From the IMG/VR virus record IMGVR_UViG_3300045988_078204: DNA of 48,726 bases; one strand, given 5' to 3'. The stretch's first letter is position 1; each line of letters opens with the position of its first letter. The translations under genes were made by a program, and so were the position numbers. Of the stretch, positions 34,168-42,376 are shown piece after piece. This stretch comes from a virus. The notes beneath the pieces were generated by a model that made no database searches, had not been told where the DNA came from, and saw only the letters and a program-made list of their open reading frames with translations.

Positions 34168-35154
34168 ATGAATATTGTAAAAATGTTAGTTGCTACAAAC
34201 AAATACGGAATTAAGTGTCCTTATTCTATGAATCCAACGAGGATTGTTGTACACAATACGGCTAATGATGCAAGCGCGCGGAATGAAGTACAGTACATGA
34301 TTGGCAATAATAATCAAGTATCTTTCCATTATGCAGTAGACGACAAAGAAATAGTACAGGGAATACCGGAAAACAGGAACGCATGGCACGCCGGAGATGG
34401 GAATGGAAAAGGAAACCGAGAGGGATTATCCGTTGAAATCTGCTATTCTAAATCTGGTGGTGATCGTTTTATCAAAGCCGAACAGAACGCTGCTAAATTT
34501 ATTGCGGAACTACTGGAAGCTCGTGGATGGGGAATTGATAAGGTAACGAAACATCAGGACTATAGTGGTAAATACTGTCCTCACAGGACGCTTGATATGG
34601 GATGGCAGCGATTTTTAAATATGGTCTCTGCTGAATTAAAAGGCGGTTCGGCTTCTAGTGGATCTGAGCAGCCTAAACCTTCAACACCATCCACATCCAA
34701 GCCTGTTTCTGATAAAATTAATGTAGTTCATCAGGCGAACGCACAGGGAAAAGGCTGGCAGCCTGAAGTAACAAATCATAATAATATCAATTCTAACGGT
34801 TATTCCGGATGGATGGGAAAGCCGATCGTAGCGTTTAGAGCAAAGACAAAGGGTGATGCGGATGCGGTAGGCTATCTGGAATACAGAGCACATCGAAAAG
34901 GCGGCGGCTGGTATGGATGGCGTAGAGATTATAACAAAGACAGTGCGGGAGATACGTTCGCAGGAGATGGTAAGAACCCGATTGATGGTCTACAGTTTAG
35001 GCTTGTAGGTATATCAGGTAAAAATGTCCGTTATCGTGTACATTGTATCGGCAAAGGATGGCTGGATTGGGTTACTAACTACGGATCTGGAGCAAACGGA
35101 TATGCTGGTTGGTACGGCTATGCCATTGATGCAGTACAGATCGAGGTTGTCTGA
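34168..35154 (+). CDS. endolysin: N-acetylmuramoyl-L-alanine amidase (Amidase_2/PGRP) with ChW-like C-terminal repeats
   Basis: IVVHNTAN...SFHYAVDD...NAWHAGDG...KVTKHQDYSGKYCPHR. The C-terminus carries GW..W/GWYGYAIDAVQIEV repeats. Confidence 0.85.
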   Translation: MNIVKMLVATNKYGIKCPYSMNPTRIVVHNTANDASARNEVQYMIGNNNQVSFHYAVDDKEIVQGIPENRNAWHAGDGNGKGNREGLSVEICYSKSGGDRFIKAEQNAAKFIAELLEARGWGIDKVTKHQDYSGKYCPHRTLDMGWQRFLNMVSAELKGGSASSGSEQPKPSTPSTSKPVSDKINVVHQANAQGKGWQPEVTNHNNINSNGYSGWMGKPIVAFRAKTKGDADAVGYLEYRAHRKGGGWYGWRRDYNKDSAGDTFAGDGKNPIDGLQFRLVGISGKNVRYRVHCIGKGWLDWVTNYGSGANGYAGWYGYAIDAVQIEVV

Positions 35155-35197
35155 TACTACACATACCATAATTAGATCAGAGAGATTATTAAAAACG

Positions 35198-35229
35198 TTT
35201 TCCTCCAGAGCCTTCACTCTGGAGGAAAA
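35198..35229. terminator. bidirectional-looking hairpin after the lysis genes
   Basis: TTTTCCTCCAGAG-CCTTCA-CTCTGGAGGAAAA. Confidence 0.55.
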
Positions 35230-35384
35230 ATATTGTATCATCTTTGGCTTTTCTTTCATCCTAATAATGTTTTCTTATTAATCTTTACATTTTTGTTTGT
35301 AACAAATTTGTGACAAAAGTACTGGAAAACGGCGTAAATACGTTATATTTTTATAAATGCGGATTAATTCTAATAGAATTTTAG

Positions 35385-35435
35385 AAACACCGAATTTTAG
35401 GGGAATACCGGGAAAACGGTATAAATTCGGTGTTT
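35385..35435. terminator. 13-bp-stem hairpin downstream of the integrase gene
   Basis: AAACACCGAATTT...AAATTCGGTGTTT. It has T-rich flanks on both strands. Confidence 0.55.
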
Positions 35436-35469
35436 TTAATTAATGTCTCCTAATGATTCCGGTACTCAC

Positions 35470-36645
35470 TTAAGCCCTTTTTTTATAATCGTTTGCGACA
35501 CGTTTGTAACACGGTATCTTTTCTATCTCTTTCCTCAAATCTTCTAAGCTTCTGTGTCCATAGATGGAATTAGTAATGTCACGAAAACTATGCCCCAACA
35601 TTCGTTTTCTGTCATTTTCGCTTACTTTGTATTTTTCACATAACATAGAAAAGGTGTGTCTGCAATCGTGGGCCGTATGTTTTCCAATACCTATACTTTT
35701 AAGAAATTCTGAAAGAGATTTATTAAAAGCGCTGTATGATATTCCCATGAGAGATCCTTTCTCATTTAGCCGATCTTGTACGATAGGGAGTATGGAAGAG
35801 TGGATGGGAACAATCCTATTTTTCCCGGCATCTGTTTTTAGTCCCCCTGAGAAGCATCTCTTTTCTAAATCTACGCTAATTACAGATAATTCACCAATGC
35901 GATAGCCAGAATAGCACATAATTAGAAGAAGCTGGGCAATATAGTTATCAGCATGTTCCCAAAGCCTTTCCAGGTCACGTATATTAAACGGAACTCCGTG
36001 TTCATCATCGTCTGGAATGTTAATCCTTAAAAGCTCTGTAGGATTTTTTTCTACTAGATTTTGCGCCAATGCATAACGATATATTTGCTTTAAAAGAGAA
36101 ACGATTAATTCCAAACTGGCATGTTTTAACTGGCAGGAGTCCACAATACGCTGAAGCTGTTCATATGTTATTTCTCCTATTTTTTTGTTATACAAAGCTT
36201 TGCAGTTATTATAAGCTGTTCTTGTTGCTTGTTTAGAGCTTGCGGAGTATTTCTTTTTCCCGTTAAATTTCCAGTTATAAAATTGGTCATACAGCTCTGA
36301 AAACAGCAATTCTTGATCGTTGGAATTTGAGCGAACTGCTACGTTATAATTTGACAGGATTCTATTTGTAAATTCGGCTAGGTCTCCATCTTCCTGCCCT
36401 CTTAATTGTTCCAGATCTTTTTCCATACCCGGTTTATATGTTCCGGCTTTGTACGCTGTCAATACAGCAAATCCAACGTACCAGTCTGACACATAGCAGA
36501 GTGCTTTTTTCATAATCGGTTTTCCATCTACTGTGAATTCTGTAACTGGTGGATGTACAGAGTACGGGTTTCTCCTGTTCCCGGAGAGTTTGCGGATCGT
36601 TCCGTAACCGTTCGGAAGGTTCGGATGCTTTTTCTTGTTTGCCAT
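35470..36645 (-). CDS. int: tyrosine integrase
   Basis: 391 aa. The C-terminal catalytic pattern is ...AHDCRHTFSMLCE...MLGHS....SIYGH (R, HxxR, Y). Confidence 0.85.
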   Translation of the reverse strand: MANKKKHPNLPNGYGTIRKLSGNRRNPYSVHPPVTEFTVDGKPIMKKALCYVSDWYVGFAVLTAYKAGTYKPGMEKDLEQLRGQEDGDLAEFTNRILSNYNVAVRSNSNDQELLFSELYDQFYNWKFNGKKKYSASSKQATRTAYNNCKALYNKKIGEITYEQLQRIVDSCQLKHASLELIVSLLKQIYRYALAQNLVEKNPTELLRINIPDDDEHGVPFNIRDLERLWEHADNYIAQLLLIMCYSGYRIGELSVISVDLEKRCFSGGLKTDAGKNRIVPIHSSILPIVQDRLNEKGSLMGISYSAFNKSLSEFLKSIGIGKHTAHDCRHTFSMLCEKYKVSENDRKRMLGHSFRDITNSIYGHRSLEDLRKEIEKIPCYKRVANDYKKRA

Positions 36646-36783
36646 AAAACATCATCTCCTTTTTCATTTTGGTCATAAAAATAACAGCCAGCAAGAACGT
36701 GTGTTCCGCTTGCGGTGGCTGCCCGAAGATGATACAATATGTTTGACTTAATGTGGGGTATCATCTGCGGATGTATTCCGTCT

Positions 36784-36817
36784 CCGTCCCAGTGTTGGTA
36801 GCGCCGGGACGGTTTTT
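36784..36817 (+). terminator. hairpin plus T5, oriented for the + strand, between two - strand genes
   Basis: CCGTCCC-(15 nt)-GGGACGG followed by TTTTT. Confidence 0.4.
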
Positions 36818-36826
36818 CGTTCAGTC

Positions 36827-37510
36827 TTAATATACATTAAATGAAGTGACTTGCGGTGAATCTTTTGTCCCGGTCACTAGCGCTTCACAAGTTCCGTCAG
36901 CTTCTGCGCCAAACATATTAGTAACCGTACATTCTGCTTTTAGATACCAAGTATTTTCATCGTGTGCTTCTTCAGCTATTTTCCCCATTAAATAGTGTAG
37001 TTTAAAACCATAAGGGAATTGTGATTCCCCATAATTTTTTGCTGCAACCCAGCAGTTTGCAGCCGGGAGCTTGTCATTCAGCGAGTCAGTCATCTTTTTT
37101 GTTTGCAAAACAGAGTTAGCTATTAATTCCACATATGCTTCCTTTTTTTCTGTATCAACCTTTACAGAATCCACACTGTAATCACCAGACATATCCGTTA
37201 TTAAATCTGTGAAATCAACTCCATCATCCTCGTATTTAACTGTATATCCTAACTCATTAGATTTTTTCATAAAATCAGATACTGGCTTTTCGGAATATGA
37301 TTCAAGTGTTTCCTGTTCCTCTTTTGCTATTTTCTTTGCTTCTTCAGCTTTTTTTGCTTCTTCGGCTTTCTTTGCTTCTTCGGCTTTCTTTTCCTTTTTA
37401 ACTTCTTCTTGCTTTGCAGAATCTTCTGATTTCTCACCTGATCCACCGCAAGCCCACAATCCACAGGCCATAACACTAGCAAGCATCATTGCAACAATTT
37501 TCTTTTTCAT
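36827..37510 (-). CDS. lipoprotein (prophage cargo)
   Basis: Signal peptide and lipobox: MKKKIVAMMLASVMACGLWAC-GGS. Contains KKAEEA x3 repeats. Confidence 0.75.
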   Translation of the reverse strand: MKKKIVAMMLASVMACGLWACGGSGEKSEDSAKQEEVKKEKKAEEAKKAEEAKKAEEAKKIAKEEQETLESYSEKPVSDFMKKSNELGYTVKYEDDGVDFTDLITDMSGDYSVDSVKVDTEKKEAYVELIANSVLQTKKMTDSLNDKLPAANCWVAAKNYGESQFPYGFKLHYLMGKIAEEAHDENTWYLKAECTVTNMFGAEADGTCEALVTGTKDSPQVTSFNVY

Positions 37511-37580
37511 TTTCCATTCCTCTCTTTCTCTTTTTTGAGAAAACCCAAACCCTTTATATAATCGCTTATGCGGTTATATC

Positions 37581-38630
37581 TTATAAATATCTTTTTGCAA
37601 CTTCTATCAAGCGTTCTCTGTATTTGTATATATCGTTCAATGAATCTATGTATACTCTTTCAAACTTTTTATTTTCGTCAGGGATAAGAAGCTGTTTGTT
37701 TTTAGTGTCGAGGTTAAGTCGACAAATCGGTTTTCTATTATTGTTCTTGTACAGAATTCCAAAATAACTTTCTGTGTCTCTGTGAGCAATGTCTTCTACA
37801 GCAATAACCCCTACAAGTAATCCTCGGATAATATAGAAAGCTTCAATTTCATCTTCTGTAGTTACAATTTTTGAAGATGAAATTTCGGTAGTTTCAGCAG
37901 GAGCTTCATTTTCTTCTGTTTCTGGCGTAAGAGCAGATGAAATTTTGTTATTTACGATTTCATTAACAAACGAGGAAAAGGCTCGTTTAACAAGGGGAGT
38001 GAATTTATCTATAATCCTTTGATTTTTTTGCCCGTCATATATATTTGTTAATATAAAACGAACAAAATCTTCTGATGGTGTATCAAATTCTTTTAAAAGA
38101 ATCCCCTTTATTAAACTGCTGTACTTAAGCTCTTCGGCCGTGCTGAAAATTTTTTCTTTGTCAAAATTATCTTTGCAGAATTTTTTGAGCTCATTGATTG
38201 AAGAATCCTTAAGGTTAAGAATATCGAGTTCTAAAAATGGAACTAAATCCATTTTGTTTGATTCTTCCAAATCTGTATAAAAACGATAAATTATACCATT
38301 TGTTAGAATTCCAAATTTAGCCGAAGTTGTTCCAAAATATCTAAAAAGTTGAGAAGAATGTTTATCTAATTGTTCGGAACAACTTTTACACTCTATGAGT
38401 ATTGTAGGACTACCATTTTCAAGAATAGCATAGTCAACTTTCTCCCCTTTTTTTATTCCTACATCGGCTGTATATTCTGGACAAAACTCTGTTGGATTAA
38501 ATACATCGTATCCAAGAATTTGAAATAATGGTACGATCAGAGACATCTTAGTAGCTTCTTCTGTAAAAATACTATCTTTAATTGTTTCTACACGTTCAGA
38601 AAATTGTTTAATTGATTCAATAAATTCCAT
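37581..38630 (-). CDS. HsdR_N-like PD-(D/E)xK domain protein (type I restriction R N-terminal-like), 349 aa
   Basis: TEEATKMSLIVPLFQILGY...KVDYAILENGSPTILIECKS provides the D...ExK motif in the context typical of the HSDR_N_2 family. AAAGAGG RBS. Confidence 0.6.
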   Translation of the reverse strand: MEFIESIKQFSERVETIKDSIFTEEATKMSLIVPLFQILGYDVFNPTEFCPEYTADVGIKKGEKVDYAILENGSPTILIECKSCSEQLDKHSSQLFRYFGTTSAKFGILTNGIIYRFYTDLEESNKMDLVPFLELDILNLKDSSINELKKFCKDNFDKEKIFSTAEELKYSSLIKGILLKEFDTPSEDFVRFILTNIYDGQKNQRIIDKFTPLVKRAFSSFVNEIVNNKISSALTPETEENEAPAETTEISSSKIVTTEDEIEAFYIIRGLLVGVIAVEDIAHRDTESYFGILYKNNNRKPICRLNLDTKNKQLLIPDENKKFERVYIDSLNDIYKYRERLIEVAKRYL

Positions 38631-38689
38631 GTACTTTTACCTCTTTTCTATATATTTCCTACGTGTTTTTTTTTAGAATTCCTTTTTAA

Positions 38690-38917
38690 TTATTTATAAG
38701 ACATTCCGTGCGCTTCACACTCTATTTCCTGAACATCATATTTCTCAAAGTCATTTTCAAATATATGTTTTAATGCGTGTTTGTAAGCATTTAATCTACC
38801 TATATTCGACAATTTTGCATTGATTAATACTGTATAGCTTCCATCTTCATTTTGTATAACCATTTCATTTCCGCAATTCGGAAAATTTATAATATTACAA
38901 TTAACATCCGGTGTCAT
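38690..38917 (-). CDS. small ImmA/IrrE-like remnant with degenerate metal site (HALKH)
   Basis: Reads MTPDVNCNIINFPNCGNEMVIQNEDGSYTVLINAKLSNIGRLNAYKHALKHIF.... The layout matches ImmA (..I.IN..LS...R...AHELGH), but Glu is replaced by Ala and the protein is only 75 aa. It overlaps the repressor stop by 17 nt. Confidence 0.35.
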   Translation of the reverse strand: MTPDVNCNIINFPNCGNEMVIQNEDGSYTVLINAKLSNIGRLNAYKHALKHIFENDFEKYDVQEIECEAHGMSYK

Positions 38918-39284
38918 CGATATTTCCACGTTCCTTTCTCTTGAGAGCAAGAGCCATGTTGTGTAATGCGCGGAGGTCGTCAGGCTCCATATCTTTTTGA
39001 ACATCAAATAAAGCACGAAGTTCTTTATTTTCAAATATTTCTTGGGCCACTTTTGCGGTCTCATCGTTTAGATAATACGTTTCGCCACCTTCCTTTTCTT
39101 CGCCTGTCATTAAATATTCTACAGATACTCCAAAGTAGTCTGCAATCTTTTTAGCATTGTCACTTCTTATCAAGTTCCTTCTGCTTTTCCAGTTACTAAA
39201 TGTTGACTGGCTGATCCCAGTTGCTTTTGAAACTTGGTATGTTGTAACATTGAACTTTTGTAGCAATATCTCAAAAACTTCGTA
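38901..39284 (-). CDS. cI-like XRE-family repressor
   Basis: ATG at 39284 is 8 nt after AAGGAG. The HTH reads TTYQVSKATGISQSTFSNWKSRRN. The gene is divergent from the cro-like gene. Confidence 0.8.
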   Translation of the reverse strand, partial: YEVFEILLQKFNVTTYQVSKATGISQSTFSNWKSRRNLIRSDNAKKIADYFGVSVEYLMTGEEKEGGETYYLNDETAKVAQEIFENKELRALFDVQKDMEPDDLRALHNMALALKRKERGNIDDTGC

Positions 39285-39343
39285 CATTTTTTGTGCTCCT
39301 TTCACAAAAAACGCAATACTACACAAAATGGAATCAAATGCTA

Positions 39344-39371
39344 TTGACTAATTCATAAATGGTGGTATAAT
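39344..39371 (+). promoter_or_regulatory. near-consensus sigma-70-type promoter facing the early genes
   Basis: TTGACT (39344-39349), 16-nt spacer, TGG-TATAAT (39366-39371). Confidence 0.5.
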
Positions 39372-39468
39372 AAAACCATACTTCACGAAATGGTAGCAAA
39401 ATAAAAAATAATTCCAAAATGAAATGCGTTTTTAAATTGTAATACTTTCAACTGGTAATTGAAGCATA

Positions 39469-39480
39469 TCACATATGTGA
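39469..39480. promoter_or_regulatory. 12-bp perfect palindrome TCACATATGTGA (operator candidate)
   Basis: Read directly. It sits inside a second promoter-like element (TTGAAG...TATATA). A TTCAC half-site also occurs at 39382-39386. Confidence 0.4.
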
Positions 39481-39520
39481 AGTATATACAATAGCATATT
39501 TGCAGGAGGGAGGATTAAAA

Positions 39521-39706
39521 GTGTACGAAAAATTTGCCGAATTATTGGAGAAAACTAACAAAACAGCTTATCAAGTATCGAAAGATACTGGAATAGGAGA
39601 GAACGTCCTTTCTTATTGGAAAAACGGAAGGAGCCAACCGAAAGTGGACAAGCTCAAAATCCTAGCCGACTACTTCGGCGTGAGCATTGAGTATTTTCTG
39701 GAGTAG
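39521..39706 (+). CDS. Cro-like XRE-family HTH protein
   Basis: GTG 39521 lies after AGGAGGGAGG. Reads TAYQVSKDTGIGENVLSYWKNGRSQP. 61 aa. Confidence 0.75.
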   Translation: MYEKFAELLEKTNKTAYQVSKDTGIGENVLSYWKNGRSQPKVDKLKILADYFGVSIEYFLE

Positions 39707-39723
39707 GGAGGAGATGGTGTGAA

Positions 39724-39942
39724 GTGAAAAAATACTTTGGAGAATATATAAGGGATCAAGCAATAAAAAATCTGCTATCCGCACAAGCGAGGATAGCAGA
39801 AATAGGAAGTGCGTCAGAAGTCATATCTTTGACAAAATTTGTTTTAAAAATTTCTAATAAATTCGACAATGTATTGCTTGATTTCGGGTTGGAACATTGT
39901 GATGAAAGCGCAGAGCAGCCACCAGATGAGAAAGGAGAGTGA
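39724..39942 (+). CDS. hypothetical protein
   Basis: 72-aa ORF with a GTG start after GGGAGGAG. Confidence 0.45.
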   Translation: MKKYFGEYIRDQAIKNLLSAQARIAEIGSASEVISLTKFVLKISNKFDNVLLDFGLEHCDESAEQPPDEKGE

Positions 39943-39948
39943 TGGAGA

Positions 39949-40128
39949 ATGGATGTAAAAAATCTTGACAGTGTTTCCAGAGAAAAACAGAAAGCAATTT
40001 TAAATAATGTCATTTTTCGATGTATGATTGAAAATCACATGACATTGGAAAATCTGGACGAAGCATGTGAGGTTATACGAGAAATTTATAGAAAGAATGC
40101 AATATTAACAAGTTCCTTGAGGGAGTAG
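39949..40128 (+). CDS. small hypothetical protein (59 aa)
   Basis: Reads MDVKNLDSVSREKQKAILNNVIFRCMIENHMTLENLDEACEVIREIY.... AAGGAGAG upstream. Just below the ORF-track cutoff. Confidence 0.4.
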   Translation: MDVKNLDSVSREKQKAILNNVIFRCMIENHMTLENLDEACEVIREIYRKNAILTSSLRE

Positions 40129-40173
40129 CAAACCAGTATGTAACAATTTTGAACTAAAAGAGAGGTGGAATAA

Positions 40174-40503
40174 GTGAGTAAAAGAAAGAGAGAAAGAGAG
40201 ATTCTTCATAACTACATGAAAGTTTTGGCTAGAAACTATGAAAAGTTTGATCCAGCCGAGATGACTGGCTCTATTTGCAAATTGTATGACAGTCTAAATA
40301 AAAATAGGCCTCATAAATGCTTAAAGAAATTGAGAAAAGAAGTTAAAGCTATGAGAAAAGAACTCCTAGAAATCAGGAGATTCCTGGAGCCCTTTTCAAA
40401 ACCCATTGTAATCAATGGCAGCGAAGTTTCTAAAGCTGTTCAGAAATCCATTCGTGGTACATTTGAAGCAATCTCAGAGACATCCCGAAACCGCGAGAAC
40501 TGA
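40174..40503 (+). CDS. hypothetical basic protein
   Basis: 109 aa with a GTG start after AGAGGTGG. Its 3' end overlaps a convergent - strand ORF. Confidence 0.4.
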   Translation: MSKRKREREILHNYMKVLARNYEKFDPAEMTGSICKLYDSLNKNRPHKCLKKLRKEVKAMRKELLEIRRFLEPFSKPIVINGSEVSKAVQKSIRGTFEAISETSRNREN

Positions 40504-40636
40504 TGTATCCAGCGATATTTTCCATAAAGTTTGGATCGGAAGTGTCAATGTTTATGCTGTCTTCACATTCATTGATATAATCACGATCTTCTTCTGTAAG
40601 AGACTTTATGAACTCGTTAAACGGCTTAATATCCAT
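40430..40636 (-). CDS. hypothetical acidic protein on the opposite strand
   Basis: 68 aa. A strong GGGAGGAG lies 8 nt before its ATG (read on the reverse complement of 40637-40660). Confidence 0.5.
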   Translation of the reverse strand: MDIKPFNEFIKSLTEEDRDYINECEDSINIDTSDPNFMENIAGYISSRGFGMSLRLLQMYHEWISEQL

Positions 40637-40876
40637 AATATTTCTCCTCCCTTCTACATACTCGGCATGGCAGTGCCTGTAGGGAATTTATAGGAGAAAA
40701 ATAAACCATAATCAATACACGCAAGAAACTGAAATCGAAAGCAGTAGGTCGTGAGACGTCATGTACCAGTACTGACCGGCTCATTGGATAGAGTCTTCAC
40801 CTCGTTGTGGCGCGGCTGCGGATAGCTTTTAGATCAGGTGAGCAGATCGGCGAAAAAAAGCCGCCGAAATTTAAAA

Positions 40877-41320
40877 CCAAAAGGTTATTTTGAAAAGCTA
40901 ATAAAGCAAAAGGTTTTTCAGAAAAGCAAAAAAAGCATTTGGTTATTTTGGTTTTTTAAGAAAAGAAAGAACCAAAGAAAAGAATATATATATAACATTA
41001 TATATTTATATATTTAATTATATATACCTAAAGCTTTAGATTATATAAGACATATAGTTATTGATTATGTAAAAAGAAAAATATAAAAAAGAAAAAGCAT
41101 TTGGTTTTTGCGATGGCAAAGCGTAGCCAACCTTTGAGATGCAAAGGAACAGCAAAGAGTAGCTATGCGAAGGCAGTGTAAAGCGATGAAATGCAAAGGA
41201 AAAGCTTGGCTCAGAGATGCAATGGCAGAGCAAGGCGAGGACGGGCTGAGGCAGAGCATCGCGATGAAGAGCAAAGGAAAGGCGTGGCCTAGAAAGCGTG
41301 GATTAGATATGCAAAGGAAA
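40877..41320. other. origin-of-replication-like region: iterons flanking a ~110-bp AT-rich core
   Basis: CAAAAGGTT.TTT..GAAAAGC occurs twice (40877-40927). AAAGCATTTGGTT occurs twice (40932-40944 and 41094-41106) and flanks the AT-rich tract 40981-41090. GCAAAGGAA occurs four times (starts 41141, 41193, 41271, 41311). Confidence 0.55.
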
Positions 41321-41370
41321 AGCATGGCGTAGATTGCGTAGAAAAAACAAGTCGAAAGGAGAAAAGTGAA

Positions 41371-41985
41371 ATGAAAGAAATGAAAGTAAGATTGGAATTT
41401 TTTGAGGAGGTGCTCGGGACTGCAAGTTCGGATCCAGAGATCCATGAGAAGTACATTGCAAGTAATGCACCGGACGCACCGAGCCGGAAAGAAGAGGTGG
41501 AAGCGCTTGGAGCGGAAGAAGTATTCGAGAAATCAATGACTGTATTCCCGAGACTGGATGATGGAACGCCGTTTCTTTGGGACTACCAGATTAAAGGATT
41601 CTTCAAAGATTCCTGTGGGATGCTAAGGAAGGTTAAGGGAACACCATCCAGCGCAATCAAAGCATACAAGAAAGAGATCGATGGATTGATTTTCGTGAAG
41701 GAAAGACAAATCCCATTTCTCTTTGAAGGAGAAATCGGTATTTGCCAGAGACCTTTACGAGCGAGTACAGCACAGGGAGAACGAATTGCTCTTTCCAGTA
41801 GTGAGACGGTTCCGGCTGGATCAGCGATCGAATTTACAATCCAGTGTATGGTAGATTCGGACATGGCGGCAGTTATTGAATGGCTCGATTACGGAGATCT
41901 GAGAGGAATCGGACAGTGGAGGAACTCGGGAAAGGGACGATTCAAATGGCGCGATATCACAGACTCACAGAAAAATAAAAAATAG
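41371..41985 (+). CDS. hypothetical protein (204 aa), first gene after the ori-like region
   Basis: AAGGAG RBS. Has a Gly-rich C-terminal motif GIGQWRNSGKGRFKW. I could not assign a family. Confidence 0.6.
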   Translation: MKEMKVRLEFFEEVLGTASSDPEIHEKYIASNAPDAPSRKEEVEALGAEEVFEKSMTVFPRLDDGTPFLWDYQIKGFFKDSCGMLRKVKGTPSSAIKAYKKEIDGLIFVKERQIPFLFEGEIGICQRPLRASTAQGERIALSSSETVPAGSAIEFTIQCMVDSDMAAVIEWLDYGDLRGIGQWRNSGKGRFKWRDITDSQKNKK

Positions 41986-42120
41986 CCCCGGAGTGCTGGC
42001 ACACCACCGAGGCTGTGTAACTAGCTAACCCACCTAGCTATTTACAGGAATATAATACCAAGTTTTCCTGCAAATAGCAATAGGTAATCGAACAAATGTT
42101 TGAAATTTGGAGGAAAACAG

Positions 42121-42273
42121 ATGAAAAAAGATTGGAAAAAGACAGAAGAGTATTTGGGAGCAGGAGTAATAGGAGAAATTAAAGAACATGCAAAGCGGTG
42201 GTATAAAGCGAGCGTAGTAGTATTTGCCGTACTTGTGGTAACAAATTTTGCATGGATTTTCCGGAGAAAGTAA
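42121..42273 (+). CDS. small membrane protein (50 aa, 1 TM)
   Basis: GGAGG lies 7 nt before the ATG. Contains ASVVVFAVLVVTNFAWIF. Below the track cutoff. Confidence 0.45.
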   Translation: MKKDWKKTEEYLGAGVIGEIKEHAKRWYKASVVVFAVLVVTNFAWIFRRK

Positions 42274-42376
42274 AGTATGCAGTATTTTGGAGAATGTTTT
42301 TACTGCACGAAGAGAAATCGATGCCTAGATGCTCACAGGAATACTCGATGTCGTGACTACGAGAAAAGGAGGAGAA

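Noticed and set aside
35024-35281. 85-aa + strand ORF overlapping the endolysin 3' end.
   Set aside because: It is an out-of-frame overlap with a strongly supported gene and runs through the terminator hairpin.
37209-37538. 109-aa + strand ORF.
   Set aside because: It is antisense to the lipoprotein gene. Its FFASSAFFASSAFF repeat is the mirror of KKAEEA.
41036-41536. Three - strand ORFs (65, 126 and 77 aa).
   Set aside because: They lie in the iteron and AT-rich origin-like region. The sequences are low-complexity (FLF/LCIS repeats generated by the iterons), and they overlap the start of the + strand gene at 41371.
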